64,000 nucleotides of DNA from a virus (lineage: Duplodnaviria > Caudoviricetes): the IMG/VR virus record IMGVR_UViG_3300022752_000014. One strand, given 5' to 3'. Both the position numbers and the translations under genes were made by a program. Below are positions 19,976 through 29,098 of the stretch, in pieces. Every line of letters starts with the position of its first letter. Position 1 is the stretch's first letter. The notes under the pieces are model-generated. The model did not search any database and was not told where the DNA came from. It saw only the letters and a list, made by a program, of their open reading frames with translations.

Positions 19976-21147
19976 TTACTCTTCGTCCTCATCAAATCCG
20001 TGCTGTTGCTGCTATGCAAAAGCACAATAAAGGTCAGGTCATTGTGCCTACTGGTGGTGGTAAAACGCTGAAGATGATCTATGATACGATGCGTCAGTTT
20101 CAGTCTGAAACTCCGCAGACTGTTGTAGTTGTTGCTCCGCGTATTCTGCTTGCGGAGCAGTTGTCTTCTGAGTTTCTGGAGCATATCACTACTGCTGCTG
20201 TGTTTCATATTCACAGCGGAGAGACGCATCATGAAAGTTCTACTCGTCCTGCTGAGATTTGTGCGTGGGTTGAGAACAACAACTCTCGCCACAAGTTGAT
20301 CTTCACTACCTACAACTCTTTGCAGCGCATTGTTGATGCTGAGATTGATGTGGATACGATCTACTTTGATGAGGCACATAACAGCGTTCAGCGTCACTTT
20401 TTTCCTGCAACTGAGCACTTCAGTGCTAATGCTACCCGTTGCTACTTCTTTACTGCAACCAGGAAAACATCACTCACTCCTTCTAAACCAGGAATGAATG
20501 ATCGTGAGGTCTATGGTGATATTATTTGCCGCGTATCTGCTCCTGAACTTGTTGATGGAGGATACATTATTGCTCCTAAAATTGTAGCAAAGAAGTTTGA
20601 GGTTCTTGCTCCAAAACAGGTAACTGCTGAGTGTGACAGTAGCAATCTGATGGAAACTCTGGAGGATATTGACTGCAAAAAGATTCTGGTTTGTGTTAAG
20701 TCTGCGAAGCAACTTATCAACCTGATGTCTCATACTGACTGTGCTGCTCAACTAAATCAGCGTGGTTATTCTTATCTCTACATCACCTCAAAAACGGGAG
20801 CGATTATTGATGGTAAGAAGGTAAATCGTGAGGTATTTTTTGACACGCTCAACTCTTGGGGTCGTGACCCTAACAAGAAGTTTGTTTGCTTCCATCGCTC
20901 TATTTTGAGTGAAGGAATTAACGTAAGCGAACTAGAGGCGGTCGTCTTTCTTCGCAATATGAATGTAATCGAAATGACGCAAACTATCGGTCGCGTCCTT
21001 CGCCTCGGTGGCAAAGAGAAGGTTTTCGGTCTCTGTGTTGTACCCGTATATTCCAAAGTTGGAGTATCTACAGAGCGAGCACTTCAGCGAGTTGTTGATA
21101 CTGTGTTTGAGAAGGGTGAGATGCTTGATAGTGTTGTTCGTCGCTAA
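19972..21147 (+). CDS. superfamily 2 DEAH helicase (ResIII-like)
   Basis: PTGGGKT, YFDEAH, TAT, LSEGINV, QTIGRVLR. Confidence 0.9.
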   Translation: MITLRPHQIRAVAAMQKHNKGQVIVPTGGGKTLKMIYDTMRQFQSETPQTVVVVAPRILLAEQLSSEFLEHITTAAVFHIHSGETHHESSTRPAEICAWVENNNSRHKLIFTTYNSLQRIVDAEIDVDTIYFDEAHNSVQRHFFPATEHFSANATRCYFFTATRKTSLTPSKPGMNDREVYGDIICRVSAPELVDGGYIIAPKIVAKKFEVLAPKQVTAECDSSNLMETLEDIDCKKILVCVKSAKQLINLMSHTDCAAQLNQRGYSYLYITSKTGAIIDGKKVNREVFFDTLNSWGRDPNKKFVCFHRSILSEGINVSELEAVVFLRNMNVIEMTQTIGRVLRLGGKEKVFGLCVVPVYSKVGVSTERALQRVVDTVFEKGEMLDSVVRR

Positions 21148-21172
21148 ATAATCCAAGAGTTGCTGTAAAGAA

Positions 21173-21586
21173 ATGGACATTTTTGAAGATTTGAAACATT
21201 TTCCTTTTGATGAAAATTATGAAATTCTGTCGGACTGGTGTTCTGGTAAGCGCAATAGATTTTATGGGTTAAAGCACACTGAAGAATCAAAACAAGTTAT
21301 GAGCAAATCAATTAAAGAGCAATTTGCTAACGGCAGGGTGACTCACAATAAAGGAAAATATGCTCCAGATGATACTGTTGGATATAGTGCTCTTTATATG
21401 AGAGAGTATAGGGAAGGAAAGAAAAGAGTTTCAAAAGATAGACGATATATTACTCCCGATGGTAAAACAATTACAGTTGAAGATGTAAAAAAATACTGCA
21501 AAGAGAATGGATTAACCTATCAAAGTATGTTAAAGTTGCACAGAGGAATACTCAATCAACATAAAGGATACAGGAAAGCGCGGTGA
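21173..21586 (+). CDS. NUMOD3-type DNA-binding protein (homing-endonuclease remnant)
   Basis: FYGLKHTEESKQVMS...THNKGK; YITPDGKTITV...YCKENGL; no recognisable GIY-YIG or HNH domain. Confidence 0.7.
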   Translation: MDIFEDLKHFPFDENYEILSDWCSGKRNRFYGLKHTEESKQVMSKSIKEQFANGRVTHNKGKYAPDDTVGYSALYMREYREGKKRVSKDRRYITPDGKTITVEDVKKYCKENGLTYQSMLKLHRGILNQHKGYRKAR

Positions 21587-21590
21587 ACAA

Positions 21591-21773
21591 ATGAAAGAGG
21601 GTTTCTTAGTTTCTAATGGACTCTACGCTGCTGTACCTTATGGCAACAAAGGATACATCATTATACACAATGGTCAGCAACTTGAGAAAGTGTGTAGAAC
21701 TGAAGATTCTGCACGAAAGTATATCAATGCTCATCGTAAGGGTAAATCAGTCGCACAACTTCCCGTTGATTAA
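21591..21773 (+). CDS. hypothetical protein
   Basis: Its stop abuts copy 4. Confidence 0.65.
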   Translation: MKEGFLVSNGLYAAVPYGNKGYIIIHNGQQLEKVCRTEDSARKYINAHRKGKSVAQLPVD

Positions 21774-21803
21774 AAGGGGGGACGTGCAAAGTGGACCTAT
21801 AGT
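21774..21803 (+). promoter_or_regulatory. G6 element copy 4 (GTGC variant)
   Basis: Directly after the TAA. Confidence 0.8.
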
Positions 21804-21817
21804 ATCACCAAAAAATT

Positions 21818-22705
21818 ATGTTTGTCACTGAGGATCTCAAATCTGCTGTGAATGAGGCAGAGTCATTTCAACAAGAGAGCAGTTATTCTGACTTGATTTG
21901 TCTCAAATCCACGAAAGGTGGTGTTGGTCTTAACACCTTTGAGACTGCACTTGTCAATGCCAAAGAGTATATGAGCGATGAGGATGTTACGTTCTATCGT
22001 AACTTTTATCGCAACTATTCTTCTCCTCTTTGTGTTCTTCCTAAAGGGCACAGTGGCAAATGTTCTTGTTCCTATGGTAAGTTCTTTGTTGATAAGTTTG
22101 CAAAGAAAATTAAGGATTGTGATACTACTCCTGGAGATGATGACATTCTCTACAAAAATCGAGCACGTCGTATCTTTCCCATTCAGGTTAATAAGAATCA
22201 ATACACAGTTCTGAACGCAAAATATACTTGGAAGGCAAAAAATATCAAAATGAAAGCAGCAATCCCCGCTGAGTTTGGTGGCACTAATTTCACCATTGCC
22301 ACCGCACATTTTGACTTTGCTGCTATTTTGCTGCTGCAAAAAGGAATTGAGCATAAACTATCCGAAGATGTGGAGTTTAAGTTGCTTGAACGTGCTCAAG
22401 ACATTGTTGATGAGTTTGTAGCACAGGGCATCGACATTGTTGATGAGAATGGACAACTTTGTTGCCCTGTGTTAGGATGTACTATTGAACCAGAATGGTA
22501 CGAGACTGATGATAAGAACCCAAATCAAGTTCAGTTTGGTCACGTCCAACCGATTCGCTCCGATAAGTATATGACCCGTGGTGGTAATGTTGTACCTATC
22601 ACCCGCAACGGTAACCTAATGCAATCCGATAAATCTATTCAGCAAACTTATGCAGACCAAGAAGCAGCAGTCGAACGTCGTAAAGCAAGGAGATTGCCTT
22701 GTTGA
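21818..22705 (+). CDS. putative type II restriction endonuclease, HNH-type (BstXI-like)
   Basis: LCVLPKGHSGKC, TPGDDDILYKNRARR, C-terminal CCPVLG...FGHVQP...GNVVPITRNGNLMQ; overlaps a methyltransferase gene. Confidence 0.55.
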   Translation: MFVTEDLKSAVNEAESFQQESSYSDLICLKSTKGGVGLNTFETALVNAKEYMSDEDVTFYRNFYRNYSSPLCVLPKGHSGKCSCSYGKFFVDKFAKKIKDCDTTPGDDDILYKNRARRIFPIQVNKNQYTVLNAKYTWKAKNIKMKAAIPAEFGGTNFTIATAHFDFAAILLLQKGIEHKLSEDVEFKLLERAQDIVDEFVAQGIDIVDENGQLCCPVLGCTIEPEWYETDDKNPNQVQFGHVQPIRSDKYMTRGGNVVPITRNGNLMQSDKSIQQTYADQEAAVERRKARRLPC

Positions 22706-23591
22706 GTTAGAAAAATTAGAAGATAAATCAGTCGATCTCATTCTCATTGATCCGCCATACAACATCGGCAAAGATGAATGGGACGACTTTGGAATCACCA
22801 AAAAAGGTTATCAACCAAAACCCTATACTGGTGAATCTTACTATGACTGGATGCAAGAAGTATTTGTTGCACTAAGTCGCGTTATGAAAGATTCAGGTTC
22901 ATTCTGGTTCTTTCACAATGACTTTAGAATGATGGCAGAATTGGATCGACGTATTCAATCTACCACGGACTTTGAGTATAAAAATTTTATTGTCTGGAAT
23001 AAGTTATTTCCTGGATGCAAACAAGAGGGATTCTTGAATGGTTTTGTGCAAGTTGAAGGTCTAAACAATTTCCAGAAAATGGCAGAGTATATGTTATTCT
23101 ATACTCGCAAAGATATTCATCTTAAGTTAAAAGAACGACGGATGGAGTTAGGTGTTAAATCATCTGATATTAGCAAGGAGATATTGAGTAAAACTGGTGG
23201 ATTGACTGGTTGGTACAGTAACATTGAAACTGGTAAAAATTACCCCACAGAGGAGACAATTATTCCAATTACCAAATATTTGGGATTCACAATGAACGAT
23301 CTTGTGCCAAAGTTCTATAATCAGAAGAACAGTCATTCTATTTGGCAATATGATTTTGATTCCAAAAAGATGGGTCATTTAACACCAAAACCAATCGAAT
23401 TGCTTAAAAACATTATTGTTCATTGCACTGATCCTGGTGATTTAGTTTTAGATTGTTTTGGTGGGAGTGGTAGCACTGCTGTTGCATGTATTGAAACTGA
23501 TCGTAACTATCTGTTGATCGAAAAAGAACAAAAATATGTTGAGATTGCGGAAGATAGGATAGCACGGTATTCTGCACGATTGCCTATCTGA
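22650..23591 (+). CDS. beta-class N4-C/N6-A DNA methyltransferase with an internal XRE-like HTH
   Basis: GDCL...DLILIDPPYN, HLTPKPIELL, LDCFGGSGSTA; insert LKERRMELGVKSSDIS...YSNIETGKNYP. Confidence 0.92.
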   Translation: MQTKKQQSNVVKQGDCLVELEKLEDKSVDLILIDPPYNIGKDEWDDFGITKKGYQPKPYTGESYYDWMQEVFVALSRVMKDSGSFWFFHNDFRMMAELDRRIQSTTDFEYKNFIVWNKLFPGCKQEGFLNGFVQVEGLNNFQKMAEYMLFYTRKDIHLKLKERRMELGVKSSDISKEILSKTGGLTGWYSNIETGKNYPTEETIIPITKYLGFTMNDLVPKFYNQKNSHSIWQYDFDSKKMGHLTPKPIELLKNIIVHCTDPGDLVLDCFGGSGSTAVACIETDRNYLLIEKEQKYVEIAEDRIARYSARLPI

Positions 23592-23595
23592 TTGA

Positions 23596-23625
23596 AAGGG
23601 GGGACGCCCAAAGTGGACCTATAGT
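23596..23625 (+). promoter_or_regulatory. G6 element copy 5
   Basis: Exact consensus; ATG follows immediately. Confidence 0.8.
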
Positions 23626-24516
23626 ATGAAGAACACTCATCTCGAACATCCTGAAGATTCTATCCTCAGCGGTGACCTTTCTGTGTTAGATTGGTTCACT
23701 GCTGGTGGTGACCTCAGTGTAAAGATTGACGGTGCTCCTGCTGTTGTTTGGGGTACGAATCCTGCAACTGGTAAGTTCTTTGTGGGCACCAAGAGTGTGT
23801 TCAACAAAGTAAAGATCAAGATCAACGAATCACACGAAGACATTGATGCGAACCACCAAGGAAATGTCGCGCAAATCCTTCATTGCTGTCTGGATTCTTT
23901 GCCTCGCATCGCTGGCATTGTGCAAGGTGACTTTATCGGGTTTGGTGGACTTTCGGAATACACTCCCAATACTATCACCTACCAGTTCCCAGAAGTAATC
24001 ACTCAAAGCATCATCATTGCTCCGCATACTTGTTACGTTGCGAAGAATGATCTGCGTGATGCTGTTGCAATCCCCGACTTTTATCTGTGGATTGATACAT
24101 CTCACGTCAAGTTTGTAAAACCTGAAGCATATATCGCTCACGGTCAAGATTCGTTTGCTGATGTCAAAGAAGTCTGCGATTTTGCCCGTCAAATGTCAAC
24201 AATGTGTCAGTTTGTTCAGGGTAAGCAACTTGCCAACCTGAAGAAACAACTTAATGCCAAGATTCGTGAGGGTCTTCCTATCAGCGACACTGACACCTTT
24301 GATTGCGATCCTAACTTGATTCGTCTGTGGTCATTGGTAAAATCAATCAAAGATGATTGTTTGTTCCTGTGTCGCAATTATGGTCCTGCAGCATATCTGA
24401 ACAGCAACAGAATTGATGCGGAAGGTTATGTCCTCACCAATCAGTTTGGTATGATGAAGTTGGTCAATCGTGAGGTATTCTCTCATGCAAACTTCAATCT
24501 AGCAAAGAATTGGTAA
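23626..24516 (+). CDS. cyanophage protein (DUF6267-like) with nucleotidyltransferase/ligase-like motifs
   Basis: MKNTHLEHPED; SVKIDG, VQGDF, AEGYVL, MMKLVN. Confidence 0.6.
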   Translation: MKNTHLEHPEDSILSGDLSVLDWFTAGGDLSVKIDGAPAVVWGTNPATGKFFVGTKSVFNKVKIKINESHEDIDANHQGNVAQILHCCLDSLPRIAGIVQGDFIGFGGLSEYTPNTITYQFPEVITQSIIIAPHTCYVAKNDLRDAVAIPDFYLWIDTSHVKFVKPEAYIAHGQDSFADVKEVCDFARQMSTMCQFVQGKQLANLKKQLNAKIREGLPISDTDTFDCDPNLIRLWSLVKSIKDDCLFLCRNYGPAAYLNSNRIDAEGYVLTNQFGMMKLVNREVFSHANFNLAKNW

Positions 24517-24544
24517 GGGGGGACGCCCAAAGTGGACCTATAGT
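24515..24544 (+). promoter_or_regulatory. G6 element copy 6
   Basis: Overlaps the TAA; ATG follows immediately. Confidence 0.8.
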
Positions 24545-25003
24545 ATGAGCAACACTACCATGCAAGTCCAAGCACAGCAAGTCATTGCAGATTCGGTCCT
24601 TAAGAATACCTATCTGCTGATTGAAGCACTCAAAGACAATTATCGTCAGTATTCTATCCGTTCTCATCAACGTTCTGTAGAGAACTTTGACTTTACTTAT
24701 GATGGATCTCCTTCGGTTCAGTCGCAATATCATCAGCAGAAGATTGATGAACTCAAGTCTGGCAAGTGTGACATTGATTATACCATTGAGTCTGGCAAAA
24801 AGTATCACAAAGTCATCTTTATTGATGGTGGCGGTGGTCGCTCTGCTCACTGCTTCGTTGACAAAAAGACTGGCGAAGTGTATAAGTCGGAATCCTGGAA
24901 GTCTCCTGCCAAAGGTGTACGTTACGACCTGCGATTGATCGCTGATCGTGAATACCTGCTGGAAAATGCTGATTGGTCGGGTGGTTATTTGTACGCAAAG
25001 TGA
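24545..25003 (+). CDS. phage hypothetical protein
   Basis: GKKYHKV...HCFVDKKTGEVYKSESWKSPAKGVRYDL. Confidence 0.75.
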   Translation: MSNTTMQVQAQQVIADSVLKNTYLLIEALKDNYRQYSIRSHQRSVENFDFTYDGSPSVQSQYHQQKIDELKSGKCDIDYTIESGKKYHKVIFIDGGGGRSAHCFVDKKTGEVYKSESWKSPAKGVRYDLRLIADREYLLENADWSGGYLYAK

Positions 25004-25008
25004 TTGAA

Positions 25009-25272
25009 ATGACTTACTCTAACCTCTCCAAGATTCGCCCGAAGTTGAGAACATCGGGCAACATTACTGGTAATTTTGGTAAATCAAAGGTCAAAGCAGG
25101 ATCTACACTCAATGACATTGGTGTAAGTAATGCTGAAGTCATCAAATGTACCACACAAGATGAATACCTGAAGCGACTGTATTATGCTTTTGATAACACT
25201 TCCGAACCTAAACTTCGTCAGTTCATTTATACTGAGATCAAGAAGATTCACATTCAGAGAGGAACTTGGTAA
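25009..25272 (+). CDS. hypothetical protein
   Basis: MTYSNLSKIRPKLRT; ATG 25009. Confidence 0.7.
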   Translation: MTYSNLSKIRPKLRTSGNITGNFGKSKVKAGSTLNDIGVSNAEVIKCTTQDEYLKRLYYAFDNTSEPKLRQFIYTEIKKIHIQRGTW

Positions 25273-25281
25273 GGTGATGCA

Positions 25282-25311
25282 AAGGGGGGACGCCCAAAGT
25301 GGACCTATAGT
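25282..25311 (+). promoter_or_regulatory. G6 element copy 7
   Basis: Exact consensus; ATG follows. Confidence 0.8.
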
Positions 25312-26327
25312 ATGAGCAACACTACGATGGATCAAGTCTTCCACTATCACACCAACTGGAAAGAGGGTAAAGTGAATCAAATGTGGATTCAGCAAGTTAC
25401 ACCCGAATGGCAAGAATGTGACCACAAATACGTTGCCATCGCTCTCAATCCTGAAACTAACAAAAGCATGGTAATGTCTCATCCTCGCAGTCATTATGAT
25501 ACTCTCCAGTGGGTTCGTAAGTTCTGCGGTTCTTTCTGCATCCTGAACTGATTATGAAAAACTATCGTCTGTTGATTGAGTATTGGGTTCCTGATGAAGA
25601 TGAGAACCTATACGAAGAAAAGTTCATTCAATCGCGTTCATCTTGTGGTAAAATTGCTGATGATTACTTAGCACAAGACCGCACAAATCTTATCCGTTCC
25701 GTTGAAGTTACCCCTGTTTGATTATGGCAAATAACAATACTCTCGCACATCTTCGTGATCGTGTGCAACGTTTGATTGAACAACAGGGCGAAGATGCACC
25801 TGCTGCTGCATTTATCTTTACCAACGAAGATGTATTTGTTTGGGATGAAGATGGTGGCAATCAAATACCTGTAGAGCGTGATATTGCGTTCGACATTCTC
25901 AACGAAGTTGAAGACTATGATTATATCTACACGCAAGTGTTTGATCTCATCGAAGAAGAAATCAAGTCTCGCAATCTTAACAACAAATGACTGAGCACAC
26001 TGGTTACACTTTCAATCGCGTTGAGTTCACTGCAAACGAGGAAACTTGCATCCTGAAGTTTCTCAATGAAGCACGAGAATGTGGATACCCAAGTAAGAAC
26101 GAACAATGGTATCCTGTCATCGATTCTATCATTCAAAAGTTTTTCGATTCTAACATTCAAGAAGCACAGGAGTTTCAGACACGATGAAGTACATTGTTGA
26201 TCTATACGTTGGTGGTAAAGTCTTCAAGGAAGAAGTACAAGCAAACTCACCAAAAGATGCACGAGAGACTGCACTTGCTCGCAATCCTACTGCAAAAGTT
26301 GTGAGTGTCAATGTCAGTTTTCGATGA
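25312..26327 (+). other. module of five small genes (25312-25551, 25554-25721, ~25724-25990, 25987-26187, 26184-26327)
   Basis: Co-oriented, closely spaced ORFs; two read by hand. Confidence 0.7.
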
Positions 26328-26331
26328 TTGA

Positions 26332-26361
26332 AAGGGGGGACGCCCAAAGTGGACCTATAGT
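26332..26361 (+). promoter_or_regulatory. G6 element copy 8
   Basis: Exact consensus; ATG follows. Confidence 0.8.
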
Positions 26362-26932
26362 ATGAGAACAACTTTCACCGTCCGTTTTGATTCCAATGCC
26401 CTGGATTCTCCAGAGTACATTGGACCTTTCTACTCCGAAGATGATGCCCAAGACTATTGCGATGCCCGTAACGGTTCTTTAGCACTTTCTGGGATTCCTT
26501 CTTCTGTTGCTTGTTACTCTGTTGTTGACTGATGATGACACAAACCACTCTTACTTTTGAGGAGATTGATGCTCTCCTTAAGTTCATTGAGTTTCACACT
26601 GATTCATTACGAATTGATGAAGAATCTGCGGAGGAATTGAATGAACTTATTGGGTGCGATGTTGATGCACTCTACAATAAACTTTCTGAAATGCAGGATG
26701 AAGTCTAATGCAATTCCAAGTTACCACAATCGAGTTTGATTTTACTGAAGATAATGACATTCTGCGTGGCACAGATGCAGAATGGCAAGAATACCAACAA
26801 ATCGTAATTGATGACACGTTAGCAACAATTTGGGAGGCATGTGATGAAGATGATCTAGTCGAAGAGATTACATGTGCAACTGGTTGGTGTATCAAGTCCA
26901 TCGATTATCGCCATGTTCTTAACACTTTCTAA
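26362..26932 (+). other. module of three small acidic genes (26362-26532, 26532-26708, 26708-26932)
   Basis: TGATG/TAATG overlaps. Confidence 0.7.
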
Positions 26933-26943
26933 TTGATGAAACA

Positions 26944-26973
26944 AAGGGGGGACGCCCAAAGTGGACCTATAGT
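26944..26973 (+). promoter_or_regulatory. G6 element copy 9
   Basis: Exact consensus; ATG follows. Confidence 0.8.
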
Positions 26974-27695
26974 ATGAACACTACTCCTTTCAACTTCCAA
27001 ACCGACATCACTCCTGCACTTCTGGAGTTTATGCTCAATACTGCACCTTTCACTGATTTGAATGATTGTGTAGATTTTGTCTGCAATGTTTTTGACCTCG
27101 ATGCAACTGATGAATTGATTGATTCGATTGCTGATGAGTTCGATGCTTTCTTCGGTAACTGAAATGTTTATTCTGAATGATACAGCAAAGAATGATTCTG
27201 CTGTTCAACTTGCACTGAGAGAGTATGCACAACGTCTTCAAGATGAGGAAGATTATCGTCAGAAAGTTTTATCAGGTGAGGTAATTCCACAACGCACAAC
27301 AGTTCATAACATCTCTGACCGTGACTAAAATTATCTCACTTGTGTTCATTGTAGCACTACTTTTCTCACCGTCGATTCGTTCACTGACTGCCAACACTTT
27401 ACATACTGTTGCTGACATTATCTCACCACAACAATGACATTCTCAACTGACCAAATCTCCTCTCTTAAAGCACTCATTGAGTTTCATGATGATTGGGAAG
27501 AATTAAGCGAACTTCTTGGCACTGATATTGAAACTCTCTACAATGTAGTCTGCTCACTTGATAAAAACAATGATTGAAACTGATTATCACACAATTCCCA
27601 CAAACATCTACGACAAGATTAAAGAACAAGCAGAGGAGTTAGGTATTTCGATTGATTACTTTTTGATGGAGTTTTGTAAGGTTTCCGATTCCTGA
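26974..27695 (+). other. module of microgenes (26974-27162, ~27164-27328, ~27321-27437, 27434-27577, ~27570-27695)
   Basis: Co-oriented short ORFs. Confidence 0.6.
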
Positions 27696-27699
27696 ATCA

Positions 27700-27729
27700 A
27701 AGGGGGGACGCCCAAAGTGGACCTATAGT
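27700..27729 (+). promoter_or_regulatory. G6 element copy 10
   Basis: Exact consensus, 4 bp after a TGA. Confidence 0.8.
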
Positions 27730-27750
27730 ATAAGCACTCAACCAACCATC

Positions 27751-28477
27751 ATGCGTAAGATCGAACAACAAATCATCTCTGCAATTCGTAACAACAAGGA
27801 TCTGAAAGTTGCGAACACTCAAGTCATCAACTATACCAACAGTTCTGATGTTTATCTGCACGGTAATCTGATCGCTCGGATTGGCGAAACCTGGATGGAA
27901 TTGTTCCATGCTGGGTATCAAACAAACACCACAAAAAGTCGTCTTAATGCACTTCTCCAAGCGTTCGGTATGGAAGGTGAGTATATCTTCCAGAAGAACT
28001 TTCAGTGGTTTATTAACTATCAAGGAGCACCGATTCCGTTCTTTAATGGTATGCGTCTGAACTGAATCTATCACTCTTCATTCACACTTACTCAACACAA
28101 ACAAAATGGAACTTACTCAAGACCAATACGATAAACTTCTTGCCAACTATATTGAGCAGATTGTTGATGGTATGGATCTCGACAGTTTGGTACAATTTGC
28201 AAGCGAACAACTTGAACTGAATCTGCGTGAAAGTTGCTCAACTCCAGATGAACTGATCGAAGAGATTTCACTCTTTTATGATGAAGACTATGTGAATGAT
28301 ATGGTGGAAAGTGTACTTAACTGATAAGAGTTTGATACAATGAGAACAACGATTCGCTGGTTTTGTCCTTATTCTCAAGGGTGGAAGTTTCAAGGGTTTA
28401 ATACCTACAATGAAGCAGAAAGAATGGTTGATTTTTATACACGAGCAGGGACGATTGCATCTATTATGACATACTAA
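27751..28477 (+). other. module of three genes (27751-28065, 28106-28324, 28340-28477)
   Basis: Co-oriented ORFs ending at a terminator. Confidence 0.7.
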
Positions 28478-28480
28478 CTC

Positions 28481-28506
28481 AGAGGGGATTACACCCCTCT
28501 TTTTTT
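28481..28506 (+). terminator. rho-independent terminator
   Basis: AGAGGGG-ATTACA-CCCCTCT followed by a T-run. Confidence 0.85.
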
Positions 28507-28729
28507 ATGCTTTTTCGTCAAAATAAGGTTAAAAAGGTATTAAATCAATTAAAAAATGTAATTAAAAATATAAATGAGTGATTTATTTGTTATTGATACG
28601 TATTCTCAATAAGGGTGATAATGCTATGAATTCGTATCAATTAGAGGGCATTAATCGTCTATTAAATGTGCTGAGACCTTGTGATTTAGACCCTTATAAA
28701 TGTGCTGAAGTCTTGTGATCTTTGCGTGC

Positions 28730-28758
28730 ATTGTATCAGCACTCCGCCAAAATGTCAA
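28730..28758 (-). promoter_or_regulatory. leftward sigma70-like promoter
   Basis: - strand TTGACA, 17 bp, TACAAT with extended TGn; no ORF downstream. Confidence 0.7.
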
Positions 28759-28815
28759 GTCCCCCGCTGTCACAAAATCCCCACAATCCCCCCGCATAAA
28801 ATCCACACCCCGCCG

Positions 28816-28863
28816 ATAAATACTCCCCAGGACGTTGACAATAATTCCCAGGTATCTTATAGT
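28816..28863 (+). promoter_or_regulatory. late ATAAATA plus near-consensus sigma70 promoter
   Basis: ATAAATA 28816-28822; TTGACA 28835-28840, 17 bp, TATAGT 28858-28863. Confidence 0.8.
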
Positions 28864-28891
28864 ATCTAAAGAACACCAACGGAGCGTACCT

Positions 28892-29065
28892 ATGTCAGTA
28901 GCGTATCAACAAGCGCAGAAGCAGCGTTATAGAATCACTCTGGATCTATCAGTGTTCGGTGACTTCGACCCCCACCAGATTGACTGGGAGAAGTTATTCA
29001 AACTGGAACCTGCGGAAAAGTGTGAAGCATACGTTGAGGACTTAAGTACACCTGACCGTTGGTGA
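28892..29065 (+). CDS. cyanophage-type hypothetical protein
   Basis: GGAG RBS, MSVAYQQAQKQRYRITLDLSV; the ORF-track TTG start is the promoter -35. Confidence 0.75.
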   Translation: MSVAYQQAQKQRYRITLDLSVFGDFDPHQIDWEKLFKLEPAEKCEAYVEDLSTPDRW

Positions 29066-29098
29066 GTTGGTAACAACGAACGTGCTGTGAGTGAATCA

